Below are positions 7,977-17,776 of a DNA stretch of 33,649 nt, piece after piece; position 1 is the stretch's first letter, and each line of letters opens with the position of its first letter. This DNA is from Candidatus Saccharimonadota bacterium (GTDB taxonomy: Bacteria > Patescibacteriota > Saccharimonadia > Saccharimonadales > Saccharimonadaceae). The stretch lies in the NCBI GenBank assembly GCA_016112465.1, contig JAEHON010000010.1, positions 42,133 to 75,781 of the forward strand, read 5' to 3'. The position numbers and the translations under genes are program-made. The notes under the pieces are model-generated. The model saw only the letters and a program-made list of their open reading frames with translations, was not told the DNA's origin and searched no databases.

Positions 7977-8005
7977 TTGCAATAATATAATGGTTATGTT
8001 AGTAT
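7977..8005 (+). promoter_or_regulatory. Sigma70 promoter of the candidate large RNA
   Basis: TTGCAA-N17-TAGTAT with TG extension; predicted start at ~8011 coincides with the first hairpin. Confidence 0.6.
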
Positions 8006-8010
8006 AAGAG

Positions 8011-8494
8011 TGTCGAAAGACAAACATAAAAATCAACAAATAAAAGGATTGTGAAATCAAATGTAAATTAAAAAGTTGGTTTTAAAGTCTTAATAATATG
8101 AAAATATAATTAAGACAAAAACTGTGGAGGGGAACAGAAAAACGGATGCCCCACTATACGTGGAGCGGTCAAAATCTAGGTGGAGATGGTTGCGGTATAT
8201 ATTTATTGTTTTAGCGCCGGATAACCACCCACCTGGATTCAGGATATAAAAGGGGAGAGCACATTATTTAGATATACCAGACGTCTGGGATATAGAGGTG
8301 TTTAGATTAATAAAATCGATAGAAAATTATATATGATGGTTGAGGCTGTCGCATATTTCTATAGCGATTTCTAGAATCCAATGAGCATCAGTTATTTATT
8401 GCTAAAACAATTGTACATTATTGCTTAAAATGAGCCCTGAAGTGATTTACAGATATGGATGGGGGATCACTCGAGAATAATATAAACACAGTTT
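8011..8494 (+). ncRNA. Candidate ~490 nt multi-helix non-coding RNA of unrecognised family
   Basis: About nine consecutive stems, three GNRA tetraloops, many G.U pairs, long-range closing stem AAACTGTG (8119)/CACAGTTT (8487), no ORF of 60 aa or more. Confidence 0.55.
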
Positions 8495-8638
8495 ATGACT
8501 AATTCGAGTTTTCTATTGCTGTTTATTTCTAGATTAACGGAAATATATAAAGAGGTTTTCGTAATGAAGAGGTGGTGGTTATTTTACTTTTTAGGGTTTT
8601 GAACAATTATTTTACATAAAATAGCGTATAATATTTTT

Positions 8639-8998
8639 ATGATTAATCGGCTTATTCTTATTTTGTCGTTGATTGTATTTGCTATTATCTTAGCTATTTT
8701 ATTTTTGACTTCGCCAGCAGTAATTGGACCGGTAGGGATTTTGTTTTTCTTTGTAATGGTCTATTTTTTATCGTTTGGTGTGGTTACTTTTTTTATGTAT
8801 TTTTTTGTTATGATCTTTTTTTCAAGAAAGAATATGATCAAAAAAGATTATATAAAATCTGGTATTATTGCAATATTGCCTATTACGGTTTTGGTATTGA
8901 TTGCGTCTGGAGTGCGAAATCCAGTGATTTTAGTGGCGGGACCACTTTTCTTGGTTAGCTTGAATGTATTTTTGTTTAGCAAAATTAATGAGAATTAG
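8639..8998 (+). CDS. Hypothetical four-TM membrane protein
   Basis: 119 aa, four hydrophobic segments, TATAAT 6 nt before ATG. Confidence 0.8.
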   Translation: MINRLILILSLIVFAIILAILFLTSPAVIGPVGILFFFVMVYFLSFGVVTFFMYFFVMIFFSRKNMIKKDYIKSGIIAILPITVLVLIASGVRNPVILVAGPLFLVSLNVFLFSKINEN

Positions 8999-9057
8999 GA
9001 TATTTTTTATTTGGCAAAAATCATTAAAACTCAAAGTGGATATGGTAAAATATTAGT

Positions 9058-9570
9058 ATGAATAATGGTAATGTTGGGCCAGGTCAAATGATGGGGCAGC
9101 GGAATAATTTTGAGGCGCAGAATTATACCCCTGAGTACAAAAATTTAGATCCAGCATTAACTAAGACCGAGAATTCTTTTGAGCAAAATATTGAACAAAA
9201 AGTTGAACAATTTTCTAAAAATGTGGATCGTGTAAATGAATCGACAAGAGATGCTTATGGAAATACTGCAATTTTGGGAAATGCCAGTATTAATGCAATG
9301 GGCTTTCAGCAGCAGCCGAGTGTGGGGACAGCACCATTAGGCGAGGTGGTTACATCAGAAACTTTACGTACAGATAAAAAAGAAGACGTTTTGGGAACTG
9401 ATTTGCCAAAGGCGAAGGATATCGATGGCTTGGAGCCGGAATTCGTGAAGGCAGTGGACTCAGTGATTGCTATAAAAGATCCCGTGAATAAATATAAAGG
9501 GATGCGTGTGCTCAAAAGAAGATTTTTGGAAGATAGGTATGGTCGAATATTGGGACAAGGAAATGGGTAG
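9058..9570 (+). CDS. Hypothetical protein
   Basis: 170 aa, N/Q-rich N-terminus, helical-looking C-terminus; ends 9 nt before the ATPase start. Confidence 0.75.
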   Translation: MNNGNVGPGQMMGQRNNFEAQNYTPEYKNLDPALTKTENSFEQNIEQKVEQFSKNVDRVNESTRDAYGNTAILGNASINAMGFQQQPSVGTAPLGEVVTSETLRTDKKEDVLGTDLPKAKDIDGLEPEFVKAVDSVIAIKDPVNKYKGMRVLKRRFLEDRYGRILGQGNG

Positions 9571-9579
9571 GAAAGAAAA

Positions 9580-12500
9580 ATGAACGGAAATCGAATAGAA
9601 GAATTGATCCAGGGTGGAGACCATCGAACCAATGATGAAGTTGAACAAAATAATTCTACATCCGAGAACAAGGTGAATAATAAGACTGCGGAAATAGCGC
9701 AACCTGAAATAAATAGGATGGTCCAGAAAAAAATGAGCCCAGGTATGGGTGTGGGGATATTAGCTTTTTTTGTAATTCTTTTGGTAATAACCGTTGTGAC
9801 GGTGAGATTTTTAAGAAAAAAACGTAAGGCAAAGGAATATGAGCGTTCACTAAAATTAATTCCTATGTTAATTCATTTGCCTCCATCAACAGATGATATT
9901 CAAGGTGGTGGTCGTGACGAGCGTGACGTTAATGATGAGGCGATCTCGCAGGCAACAATTATGTATACGATTATTTCCTCAACTTTGAAGAAGGAGGGAA
10001 TTAAGACGCATGTGTATGGACAGAAATATTTCTCATTTGAAATTGTGGCGGTTGATGGATTCGTTAAATATTATGCAGTGGTACCAGCAGTCCTAACCGA
10101 GACCGTCAAACAGGCAGTCCTGACATCCTATCCTACGGCTAGGTTGGAAGAGACTGATGTAGAAGATATTTTTAGTAGTGATGGGATGGATGAAACAACT
10201 AGTGCGCAGATAGCTAGTTTGGGTGTTGAAAATACGGTTTCTGGTGGCGAACTGGTGATGAAAAAAGAGGTTGAATATCCAATTATGACCTTCCAGGATA
10301 TGAAGTGGGATGCACAACTTGCTCTACTTAACGCGTTTTCAAAGGTAAAAAAAGGCGAGGGGATGGGGCTTCAGGTCATGTTTAGACCACTACCTTCTAG
10401 TTGGACAAAAAACGCAGAACAAAAAATTAAGAATATTAAATCTGGTAAGAAAAGTTGGGGAAGTGGTGGCACTTATTTACCGCTCCGAGTACTAAATTTA
10501 TTTCTAGATGTACTCAAAGCTCCATTTGAAGTGCCAGATGAACACAAATATGACAAAAATGAACAAGAAAAAGAAGAATTAACGCAAAAGAAACAGGAAG
10601 AGATTCAGGCAATTGATAATAAGTCAAAATATCCAGCTTTTGAATGTTTAATCCGAATTGTGGCTCACTCAAGCTCAAAGGCGCGTAGTGAAGGGCTGGT
10701 TGGCGGTGTAGTTGCAGCATTCTCCCAGTTTGATTCGCCAAATTCAAATGGTTTTAAATACGATTTGAATAAAAAAGTTGATCAGTTGGTAACAGACTAC
10801 ATTTTTAGGTTTTTCCCAATTTCGAATAAAAAAATTGTTCTAAATACTCAAGAGTTAGCATCGATTTTTCATTTACCATCTCAGGCTTCAATTCCATCAA
10901 GTGGCGTTGAAAGGCAAATGACAAAACAGGTCGATGGCCCGACTGCTTTAATCACTGATGGTGTTTTGATCGGGAATAACGTCTATCGTGGTGCTATAAA
11001 AGAGATTAGACTAAGTGTTAACGACCGCAGGCGTCACATGTACGTAATTGGTTCTTCTGGTATGGGTAAATCTGTATTTTTGAAGAATATTGCATACCAG
11101 GATATGTTAGCTGGGAAGGGTTTTTGTTTTATTGATCCACATGGAGACGTAACGGAAGAGCTGCTTTCGATGGTACCAGAGAATCGAATTGATGATGTGA
11201 TTTATTTTGATCCTTCAGATATGGAATTCCCAATCGGAATGAATATGTTGGAGGCAAAGACGCCTGAAGAGAAAGATTTTATCGTACAAGAGGGGATTAA
11301 TATGCTTTACTCACTTTATGACCCTGGACATACTGGTATTTTTGGTCCGCGCGGTGAGCAGATGTTTAGGAATGCGGCGCTACTTCTGATGAGCGATCCG
11401 AAGGGGGCGACCTTCTTGGATATTCCAAGTCCTTTTATCAATGCAGATTTGGTGATGGATAAATTGAAGTATGTAACAGATAGAGATCTGTACGATTACT
11501 GGACTAAGGAATTTCCAGCTTCACAGAAGTCAAATGATGCAGGTGAAGTGATCACGTGGTTTGCTTCAAAATGGAGTCCGTTTAAGCAAAATACAATGAT
11601 GAAGCGGGTGCTTGGTCAGGTAAAATCGGGCTTTAATATTCGCGAAATTATGGATCAGCAGAAGATTTTACTGGTTAACCTTTCGAAAGGTAAACTTGGT
11701 GAGCTTAACTCAAAACTTCTTGGTATGATTTTCGTAATGAAATTCCAGACTGCCGCTATGTCGCGTGTGGATACACCAGAGAATGATCGTAAAGATTTTT
11801 GTCTATTTGTGGATGAGTTCCAGAACTTTTCAACAGAATCATTTGAGTCAATTCTCTCTGAGGCTAGGAAATTCCGCCTGAATTTGATTGTGGCAAACCA
11901 GTTTATGACGCAGTTGACTGATAAGATTCGAGAAGGTGTATTAGGTAACGTAGGTACGATTGTAGCTGGCCGTGTTGGTGTAACAGATGCAGAAATGCTT
12001 GAAAAAGTATTCACGCCAGTTTTTAAGGCCGAAGATTTGCATAAACAGCCAAATTATCATGCAATTACAACGGTTTTGATGAATGGTATGCCGTCTTCGC
12101 CATTTACGATGGAGTTGTTGGCGCCAATCGGAAAAGAAGATCGCAATGTGTTTGAATCGCTCAGGGAATACTCTGCAAAGAAATACGGTCGTCCGGGGGC
12201 GGAAGTGGATAAAGAGATTGATCAGAGATTAAGTGTTAATGAAGGGGAAGATGACGATCAAGGTTTAGCTGGCGGTGATTTTGTTGAGAATGAGAATGGA
12301 ATAGGGATTGATCTTGGGGTGGCTAGAGTTCCTGCAGATCAGGCAATTCCAGGTTCAAGAGAAGCTGAGCGCTTAATTCAGCAGCAGCGAGCTGGGAGTG
12401 CTAATACACCTGAGCGAGAATTAACACTTGAGGAGATCGATGCGGAACTTGCAAGGATGTCGAATGAGGCTAATGAAGATTCTGCAAGGATGTCAAGTGA

Positions 12501-12636
12501 AGCTAATGAGGATCTTAGCATATCTCAGGATAATACTAACCAAAATGCGGGTCAGAATAGCTTAAAACAGGGATTAAACCTTCGTCATGGAAACAGCGGC
12601 AATACTCAGTCCGGTAATATGATTAGTTTACGATAG
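9580..12636 (+). CDS. Membrane-anchored VirB4/VirD4(TraG)-HerA-like P-loop ATPase, CPR type
   Basis: N-terminal TM helix plus basic patch; DRRRHMYVIGSSGMGKS (Walker A), IDPHGD, LFVDEFQNF (Walker B), LSEARKF, ANQ. Confidence 0.88.
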   Translation: MNGNRIEELIQGGDHRTNDEVEQNNSTSENKVNNKTAEIAQPEINRMVQKKMSPGMGVGILAFFVILLVITVVTVRFLRKKRKAKEYERSLKLIPMLIHLPPSTDDIQGGGRDERDVNDEAISQATIMYTIISSTLKKEGIKTHVYGQKYFSFEIVAVDGFVKYYAVVPAVLTETVKQAVLTSYPTARLEETDVEDIFSSDGMDETTSAQIASLGVENTVSGGELVMKKEVEYPIMTFQDMKWDAQLALLNAFSKVKKGEGMGLQVMFRPLPSSWTKNAEQKIKNIKSGKKSWGSGGTYLPLRVLNLFLDVLKAPFEVPDEHKYDKNEQEKEELTQKKQEEIQAIDNKSKYPAFECLIRIVAHSSSKARSEGLVGGVVAAFSQFDSPNSNGFKYDLNKKVDQLVTDYIFRFFPISNKKIVLNTQELASIFHLPSQASIPSSGVERQMTKQVDGPTALITDGVLIGNNVYRGAIKEIRLSVNDRRRHMYVIGSSGMGKSVFLKNIAYQDMLAGKGFCFIDPHGDVTEELLSMVPENRIDDVIYFDPSDMEFPIGMNMLEAKTPEEKDFIVQEGINMLYSLYDPGHTGIFGPRGEQMFRNAALLLMSDPKGATFLDIPSPFINADLVMDKLKYVTDRDLYDYWTKEFPASQKSNDAGEVITWFASKWSPFKQNTMMKRVLGQVKSGFNIREIMDQQKILLVNLSKGKLGELNSKLLGMIFVMKFQTAAMSRVDTPENDRKDFCLFVDEFQNFSTESFESILSEARKFRLNLIVANQFMTQLTDKIREGVLGNVGTIVAGRVGVTDAEMLEKVFTPVFKAEDLHKQPNYHAITTVLMNGMPSSPFTMELLAPIGKEDRNVFESLREYSAKKYGRPGAEVDKEIDQRLSVNEGEDDDQGLAGGDFVENENGIGIDLGVARVPADQAIPGSREAERLIQQQRAGSANTPERELTLEEIDAELARMSNEANEDSARMSSEANEDLSISQDNTNQNAGQNSLKQGLNLRHGNSGNTQSGNMISLR
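12451..12516 (+). repeat. 33 bp in-frame tandem duplication in the ATPase tail
   Basis: ARMSNEANEDS / ARMSSEANEDL. Confidence 0.8.
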
Positions 12637-12738
12637 TGCTGAAAAATGGCTTAAATTTGTTCTAAATATAAAATTATAGCCATAAACGCAATAAGTGGGC
12701 TTAAAACGGCTGAGAATGCGTCTAAAGGGCGATTTATC

Positions 12739-12767
12739 TTGACAGCCATAAGCGCTCGGAGTAAACT
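12739..12767 (+). promoter_or_regulatory. gyrBA promoter
   Basis: TTGACA-N17-TAAACT. Confidence 0.7.
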
Positions 12768-12850
12768 AGAAACAGATATCGAGTGAGGTGAACGGTTTAG
12801 TAAGTGAGTCTTAGGTATCAGCGATAAAAACTTAATGAGGTATTTGTTTG

Positions 12851-14839
12851 ATGGCTGAAAAACAAAAAGTTGAAGAGTACGACAGTTCTGAAATTCAAGT
12901 TCTAGAGGGGCTAGAGCCAGTTCGTGTGCGTCCTGGTATGTATATTGGTTCAACTGGGTATGATGGACTTCATCATCTGGTAAAAGAGATTGCCGATAAC
13001 TCTATTGATGAGGCAATCGCGGGATATGCGACAAAGGTAATGATTACTTTGCAGCAAGATGGTGGGGTGAAGGTCGAGGATAATGGTCGTGGTATCCCTG
13101 TGGATATTCATCCAAAAACTCATAAATCTACACTTGAAACCGTTCTAACTGTGCTACATGCCGGTGGTAAATTCGGTGGTGGTGGATATAAAGTTTCTTC
13201 AGGTCTTCACGGTGTGGGCTCTTCCGTAGTGAACGCACTTTCGACAAAAATGATTGCTGAAGTTTATCGTGATAAGAAGGTCCATCACATTGAGTTTGAA
13301 ACTGGTAAGCCAACCATGGCGCTCGATGCTTCAAAGAAGACCGATAAACAGGGTACCTGCATTACTTTTTATCCTGATCCAACAATTTTTAAAGAAACAA
13401 CGACCTTTGATTATGATTGGGTTTCACATTATGCGAGGCATCAAGCTTATCTTACGAAAGGTATTTTGATTTCAGTTTTTGACGAGAGGACCGGTGAAAA
13501 GGAGTCATTCTATTTTGAAGGTGGAATCAAGAGTTATGTGAAGCGTTTGAATGAAAGTAAGGAAGTACTTTCTGATGATATCTTCTATGTTGATAAACAG
13601 ATTGAAGAGGCAGAGGTTGAAATTGCAGTGCAATACAACGATACCTATGCAGAGACGATGAAGCCATTTGCAAATAACGTGTTAACACCTGAAGGTGGTA
13701 CGCACGTGGTTGGATTTAGGACGGCATTAAATCGTACGATTAATGACTATGCAAGGCGAAATAACTTATTGAAAGAGAAGGAAGATAACCTGACTGGTGA
13801 TGACATCAAGGAAGGTTTGACCGCTGTAATTTCGGTAAAGATCCCGAATCCGGAATTTGAAGGACAGACAAAGAATAAGCTTGGTAACCCTGAGGTGCGC
13901 GGCTATGTCGATAAGGTAATGTCTGAATATTTTGGCTATTATCTTGAGGAAAATCCAGCAATTGCCAAGAAGATTGTTGGAAAAGCTACTTTGGCAGCAC
14001 GTGCGCGAAAGGCAGCAAGGGCGGCACGTGATAATGTTATTCGTAAAGGTGCATTTGAGGGGCTGAACTTACCTTCAAAATTGGCGGACTGTTCATCAAG
14101 AGACCGTACTGAATGTGAATTATTTATCGTCGAGGGTAACTCAGCTGCAGGTTCCGCAAAGGAAGGCCGTAATTCGAAGATTCAGGCAATCTTGCCACTA
14201 CGTGGTAAAGTTTTGAATACTGAACGTGCCAGATTGGACAAGATGTATGCTAATGCGGAGCTAGTCTCCCTAATTAAGGCTCTAGGTGTAGGAATCGGCG
14301 ATCAATTTGATCTATCTGGTTTACGTTATTATAAGATCGTATTTATGACCGATGCTGATGTCGATGGTGCGCATATTTCGACATTGCTGCTTACTTTCTT
14401 CTTCCGCTATATGCCAGAGGTGGTAAAGGGTGGACATGTTTATCTTGCAAAGCCACCGCTATTTGGTCTGATTAAGGGTACTGGATCGAATAGAAAGATT
14501 GATTATATTTATGACGAGGAGGCGTTAGAGGCAAAGATTGCTTCGAAAATTGAGGAGCGTAAAAAAGAAGGATTGAAGATTAATCCTGAGGATGAGAGAT
14601 TCAAACAGGCTGGATATACCGCACAGCAGCGCTTTAAGGGTCTTGGCGAGATGAACGCTCAACAGCTTTGGGATACAACAATGAATCCAGATAATCGTGT
14701 CTTGGTAAGAGTAAATATTGAAGATGCAGAAAAGGCAGATGCAATCTTTACAAAGCTGATGGGTCAGGAAGTGGAGTTGCGTAAAAACTTTATTCAGTCG
14801 AGAGCTTCAACCGTTAAAATTGATGATTTGGACTTCTAG
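12851..14839 (+). CDS. gyrB: DNA gyrase subunit B
   Basis: IQVLEGLEPVRVRPGMYIG, LHAGGKF, GLHGVG, VEGNSA.GS, PLRGK, TDADVDG, RFKGLGEM; ATG at 12851 chosen over TTG at 12848. Confidence 0.97.
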   Translation: MAEKQKVEEYDSSEIQVLEGLEPVRVRPGMYIGSTGYDGLHHLVKEIADNSIDEAIAGYATKVMITLQQDGGVKVEDNGRGIPVDIHPKTHKSTLETVLTVLHAGGKFGGGGYKVSSGLHGVGSSVVNALSTKMIAEVYRDKKVHHIEFETGKPTMALDASKKTDKQGTCITFYPDPTIFKETTTFDYDWVSHYARHQAYLTKGILISVFDERTGEKESFYFEGGIKSYVKRLNESKEVLSDDIFYVDKQIEEAEVEIAVQYNDTYAETMKPFANNVLTPEGGTHVVGFRTALNRTINDYARRNNLLKEKEDNLTGDDIKEGLTAVISVKIPNPEFEGQTKNKLGNPEVRGYVDKVMSEYFGYYLEENPAIAKKIVGKATLAARARKAARAARDNVIRKGAFEGLNLPSKLADCSSRDRTECELFIVEGNSAAGSAKEGRNSKIQAILPLRGKVLNTERARLDKMYANAELVSLIKALGVGIGDQFDLSGLRYYKIVFMTDADVDGAHISTLLLTFFFRYMPEVVKGGHVYLAKPPLFGLIKGTGSNRKIDYIYDEEALEAKIASKIEERKKEGLKINPEDERFKQAGYTAQQRFKGLGEMNAQQLWDTTMNPDNRVLVRVNIEDAEKADAIFTKLMGQEVELRKNFIQSRASTVKIDDLDF

Positions 14840-14853
14840 TCTAGAAAGGAACG

Positions 14854-17529
14854 ATGATGAAAGATAATATAAATAATCCAGAGAATCTAGACAATGAGAA
14901 AGTCAGCAAGAATGGTGGCGTACCAGATGCGGCGGACGAAAAAGGCGTAGACGAGACGATGGGGAAAATTCCAGATTTGAAGGAAAAAAGACTGGAAGCT
15001 GACGGGAATGAAGCTAGTGAAGTAGAAGCTGATGATGAGGATGTTCATATTGGTGGACTAACTGCCAGACGTGCTGAAGACGGGATTGAGGAATTGACGG
15101 TCGAGAATGTAATGGAGGATTCCTTCTTACGTTATTCAATGTCAGTGATTATTGATCGTGCTCTTCCAGATGTGAGAGATGGTTTGAAACCGGTGCATCG
15201 TCGAATTCTTTATGCGATGTATAAAAATGGTTGGAAAGCACCACATGCAACAGTAAAGTCAGCGCGTATCGTTGGTGAAGTAATGGGTAAATATCACCCA
15301 CACGGTGACTCATCGATTTATGATGCAATGGTAAACTTGGCACAACCTTGGAAGATGCGTTATACGCTGGTAGAAGGTCAGGGTAACTTTGGTTCAATGG
15401 ATGGGGATGATCCAGCGGCCTCTCGTTACACCGAGGCTCGTATGGACAAGGTGGGAGCCGAGCTCCTCTCCGATATTGAGAAGGAGACTGTTGACTTTCG
15501 TGATAACTTCGATGGAACAGAGAAGGAACCTGTAGTTCTTCCTGCAGCGGTGCCAAATATTCTTCTGAATGGACAGATGGGTATTGCAGTTGGTATGGCA
15601 ACAAATATTCCACCACACAACCTGGGGGAAGTAGTTGATGCAACTGTGGCCTTGATTGATAATCCTGAAGCAACGCTAGAAGATTTGATGAAGCATGTTA
15701 AGGGGCCAGATTTTCCTACCGGAGCGGAGGTTTATGGCGGTGCGCCAATGAAGCAGGCCTATGCAACCGGTAAAGGTTCGGTAACAATTCGTGCTGTAGC
15801 AAATATTGAAGAGCGTAAAAATGGACGCTTCAATATCGTGGTGACAGAGGTACCTTATGGAATGAGTAAAGAATCTTTTATCGAAAAAGTTCGACAACTT
15901 GTATTGGATAAAAAATTGACTCATATTGCGGATGCCAGGGATGAATCTGCTCGTGGTAAGATTCGAGTGGTGGTGGAACTTAAAAAGGATGCTTATCCAA
16001 AGAAGATCTTAAATCAACTGTATAAGATGACTGATTTGCAGACGACCTTCCATTATAATGTGCTGGCGCTTGTGAACGGAATTCAACCAAGGATTATGGG
16101 GCTGAAAGAAATTTTGGCAGAGTTTATTAAGCATCGCCAAAAAGTAATTCGCCGACGTACTGAATATGACCTCAGAAAAGCAAAAGAGCGTGCTCACATT
16201 CTTGAAGGCTTGAAAATTGCTTTAGATAATATTGACGAAGTGATTAAGACGATTCGCGAGTCGTATGATGATGCGGATAAACGCTTGATGGAAAGGTTTG
16301 GTCTGTCAGAGATTCAGGCTGCAGCAATTTTGGCGATGCAGCTTCGTCGTCTACAAGGACTTGAGCGTGACAAGATTGAAGCCGAGTTGCAAGAATTAAT
16401 GGCGATGATTGCGAAATATGAGGAAATCTTGGCAGACGAAGCAAAGGTGCTTGCGGTTGTAAAAGATGAACTTCTTGCGATGAAAGAGAAATATGGCGAT
16501 AAGCGTCGTAGTAAGATCTTTAACCATGAACTTGGTAAGTTTTCAGAGGAAGAGTTAATTCCAGAAGAGGAAAGCGTAGTGCTTTTGACAGTTGAGAATT
16601 ACATTAAGCGGGTTTCTCAGACTGATTTCCGTCGTCAAAACAGGGGTGGAAAAGGAAAACGTGGAATGACGACTAAGGAAGAGGATGTGATTTCTCAGAT
16701 TATTACTGCAAATTCACATGATTTTCTATACTTCTTTACTTCACAAGGTCGTATTTTTAGGATGAAGGCGTATGAGGTGCCACAGGCTTCGCTAACTGCA
16801 AAGGGGACCGCTGCGGTAAATCTTTTAAACATGCATCCAGATGAGAAGATTACTGAGATCATTAAGCATAATGACGAAATTGACCCAGAGACTGGCTACC
16901 TCTTTATGGCAACCAAGAAGGGTACGATTAAGAAGACGGCCGCAAAGAACTATATGAACGTGCGTTCAAACGGTTTGATAACGATTAAATTGGATCCAGG
17001 AGACGAGTTGAAGTGGGTGAAGGCAACGACTGGTAAGGACGATATTATTATCTCAACTTCGGCTGGTCAGGCAATTCGCTTTAACGAGGAAGATGTTAGG
17101 GCCATGGGTCGCTCAGCAATGGGAGTCCGTGGCATTAGATTGAGACCAAAGGATGAAGTTGTGGGTATGGACGTTGTGACTGATCCAAATCAGACTTTGA
17201 TTGCAGTCTCTGCCAATGGATATGGAAAGGCAACTCTAGTGTCGAACTTCCCAACTCATAAGCGTGGTGGCGTAGGAATTAAAGTGGCTTCTGTGACAGA
17301 AAAGACTGGTCCAATTGTGGCAGTACATACATTGGATCCAGAAGCATCAGAGGTGATTATGATGTCTAGCCTTGGTCAAGCAATCCGTGTAGCCGTGAAG
17401 GATATTCCAGTACTTGGACGTGCAACGCAAGGGGTGAGGATTATGCGTCTTGCTGATGATGATACGGTAGCTTCCTTAGGAATCGTGCTTCCTGAAGAAA
17501 AAGACGATATTGAAGAATCGGAAGAATAA
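14854..17529 (+). CDS. gyrA: DNA gyrase subunit A with acidic N-terminal extension
   Basis: [30 protein letters not shown] (catalytic Tyr), GyrA-box QNRGGKG, C-terminal pinwheel repeats. Confidence 0.97.
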   Translation: MMKDNINNPENLDNEKVSKNGGVPDAADEKGVDETMGKIPDLKEKRLEADGNEASEVEADDEDVHIGGLTARRAEDGIEELTVENVMEDSFLRYSMSVIIDRALPDVRDGLKPVHRRILYAMYKNGWKAPHATVKSARIVGEVMGKYHPHGDSSIYDAMVNLAQPWKMRYTLVEGQGNFGSMDGDDPAASRYTEARMDKVGAELLSDIEKETVDFRDNFDGTEKEPVVLPAAVPNILLNGQMGIAVGMATNIPPHNLGEVVDATVALIDNPEATLEDLMKHVKGPDFPTGAEVYGGAPMKQAYATGKGSVTIRAVANIEERKNGRFNIVVTEVPYGMSKESFIEKVRQLVLDKKLTHIADARDESARGKIRVVVELKKDAYPKKILNQLYKMTDLQTTFHYNVLALVNGIQPRIMGLKEILAEFIKHRQKVIRRRTEYDLRKAKERAHILEGLKIALDNIDEVIKTIRESYDDADKRLMERFGLSEIQAAAILAMQLRRLQGLERDKIEAELQELMAMIAKYEEILADEAKVLAVVKDELLAMKEKYGDKRRSKIFNHELGKFSEEELIPEEESVVLLTVENYIKRVSQTDFRRQNRGGKGKRGMTTKEEDVISQIITANSHDFLYFFTSQGRIFRMKAYEVPQASLTAKGTAAVNLLNMHPDEKITEIIKHNDEIDPETGYLFMATKKGTIKKTAAKNYMNVRSNGLITIKLDPGDELKWVKATTGKDDIIISTSAGQAIRFNEEDVRAMGRSAMGVRGIRLRPKDEVVGMDVVTDPNQTLIAVSANGYGKATLVSNFPTHKRGGVGIKVASVTEKTGPIVAVHTLDPEASEVIMMSSLGQAIRVAVKDIPVLGRATQGVRIMRLADDDTVASLGIVLPEEKDDIEESEE

Positions 17530-17538
17530 AAGCTTAAG

Positions 17539-17567
17539 AAAAATACTCCGGAAACGGAGTATTTTTT
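17539..17567 (+). terminator. gyrA terminator
   Basis: AAAAATACTCCG-GAAA-CGGAGTATTTTT. Confidence 0.85.
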
Positions 17568-17620
17568 GTGGTTGTTTTTTGTGTTTTTTTGAGTGTAAAT
17601 TTTTATAGATTTTTTAGCTG

Positions 17621-17657
17621 ATATCTAGCTTATGCTCCAGAATATCCTGCTTATGCT
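17621..17657. repeat. Second pair of the ATATCYWGCTTATGCT motif
   Basis: ATATCTAGCTTATGCT at 17621 and ATATCCTGCTTATGCT at 17642, each one mismatch from the 6295/6313 copies. Confidence 0.75.
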
Positions 17658-17776
17658 AGCAGGGAAAAATGAGATTTTTATCTCTGTTAATTAAAAAAGT
17701 AAAATTGTTATGGTTGCGTATTTTTGGAACTTGGTGGTATGGTGCAGGCAAATGAAAAATTAAATGAGGAAAACAA

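Noticed and set aside
8119..8494. c-di-AMP riboswitch, group I or group II intron identity
   Set aside because: GGAGGGGAAC and GGGGAGAG are reminiscent of ydaO, but CAGCTAACC, intron P7 elements and domain V are not found
6760..8630. Replication origin or tmRNA-integrated island
   Set aside because: Only one consensus DnaA box, no visible change in G/C skew, no dnaA, no integrase and no duplicated ssrA 3' end
15286..15330. Quinolone-resistance substitution in gyrA
   Set aside because: [10 protein letters not shown] keeps the Ser83 and Asp87 equivalents
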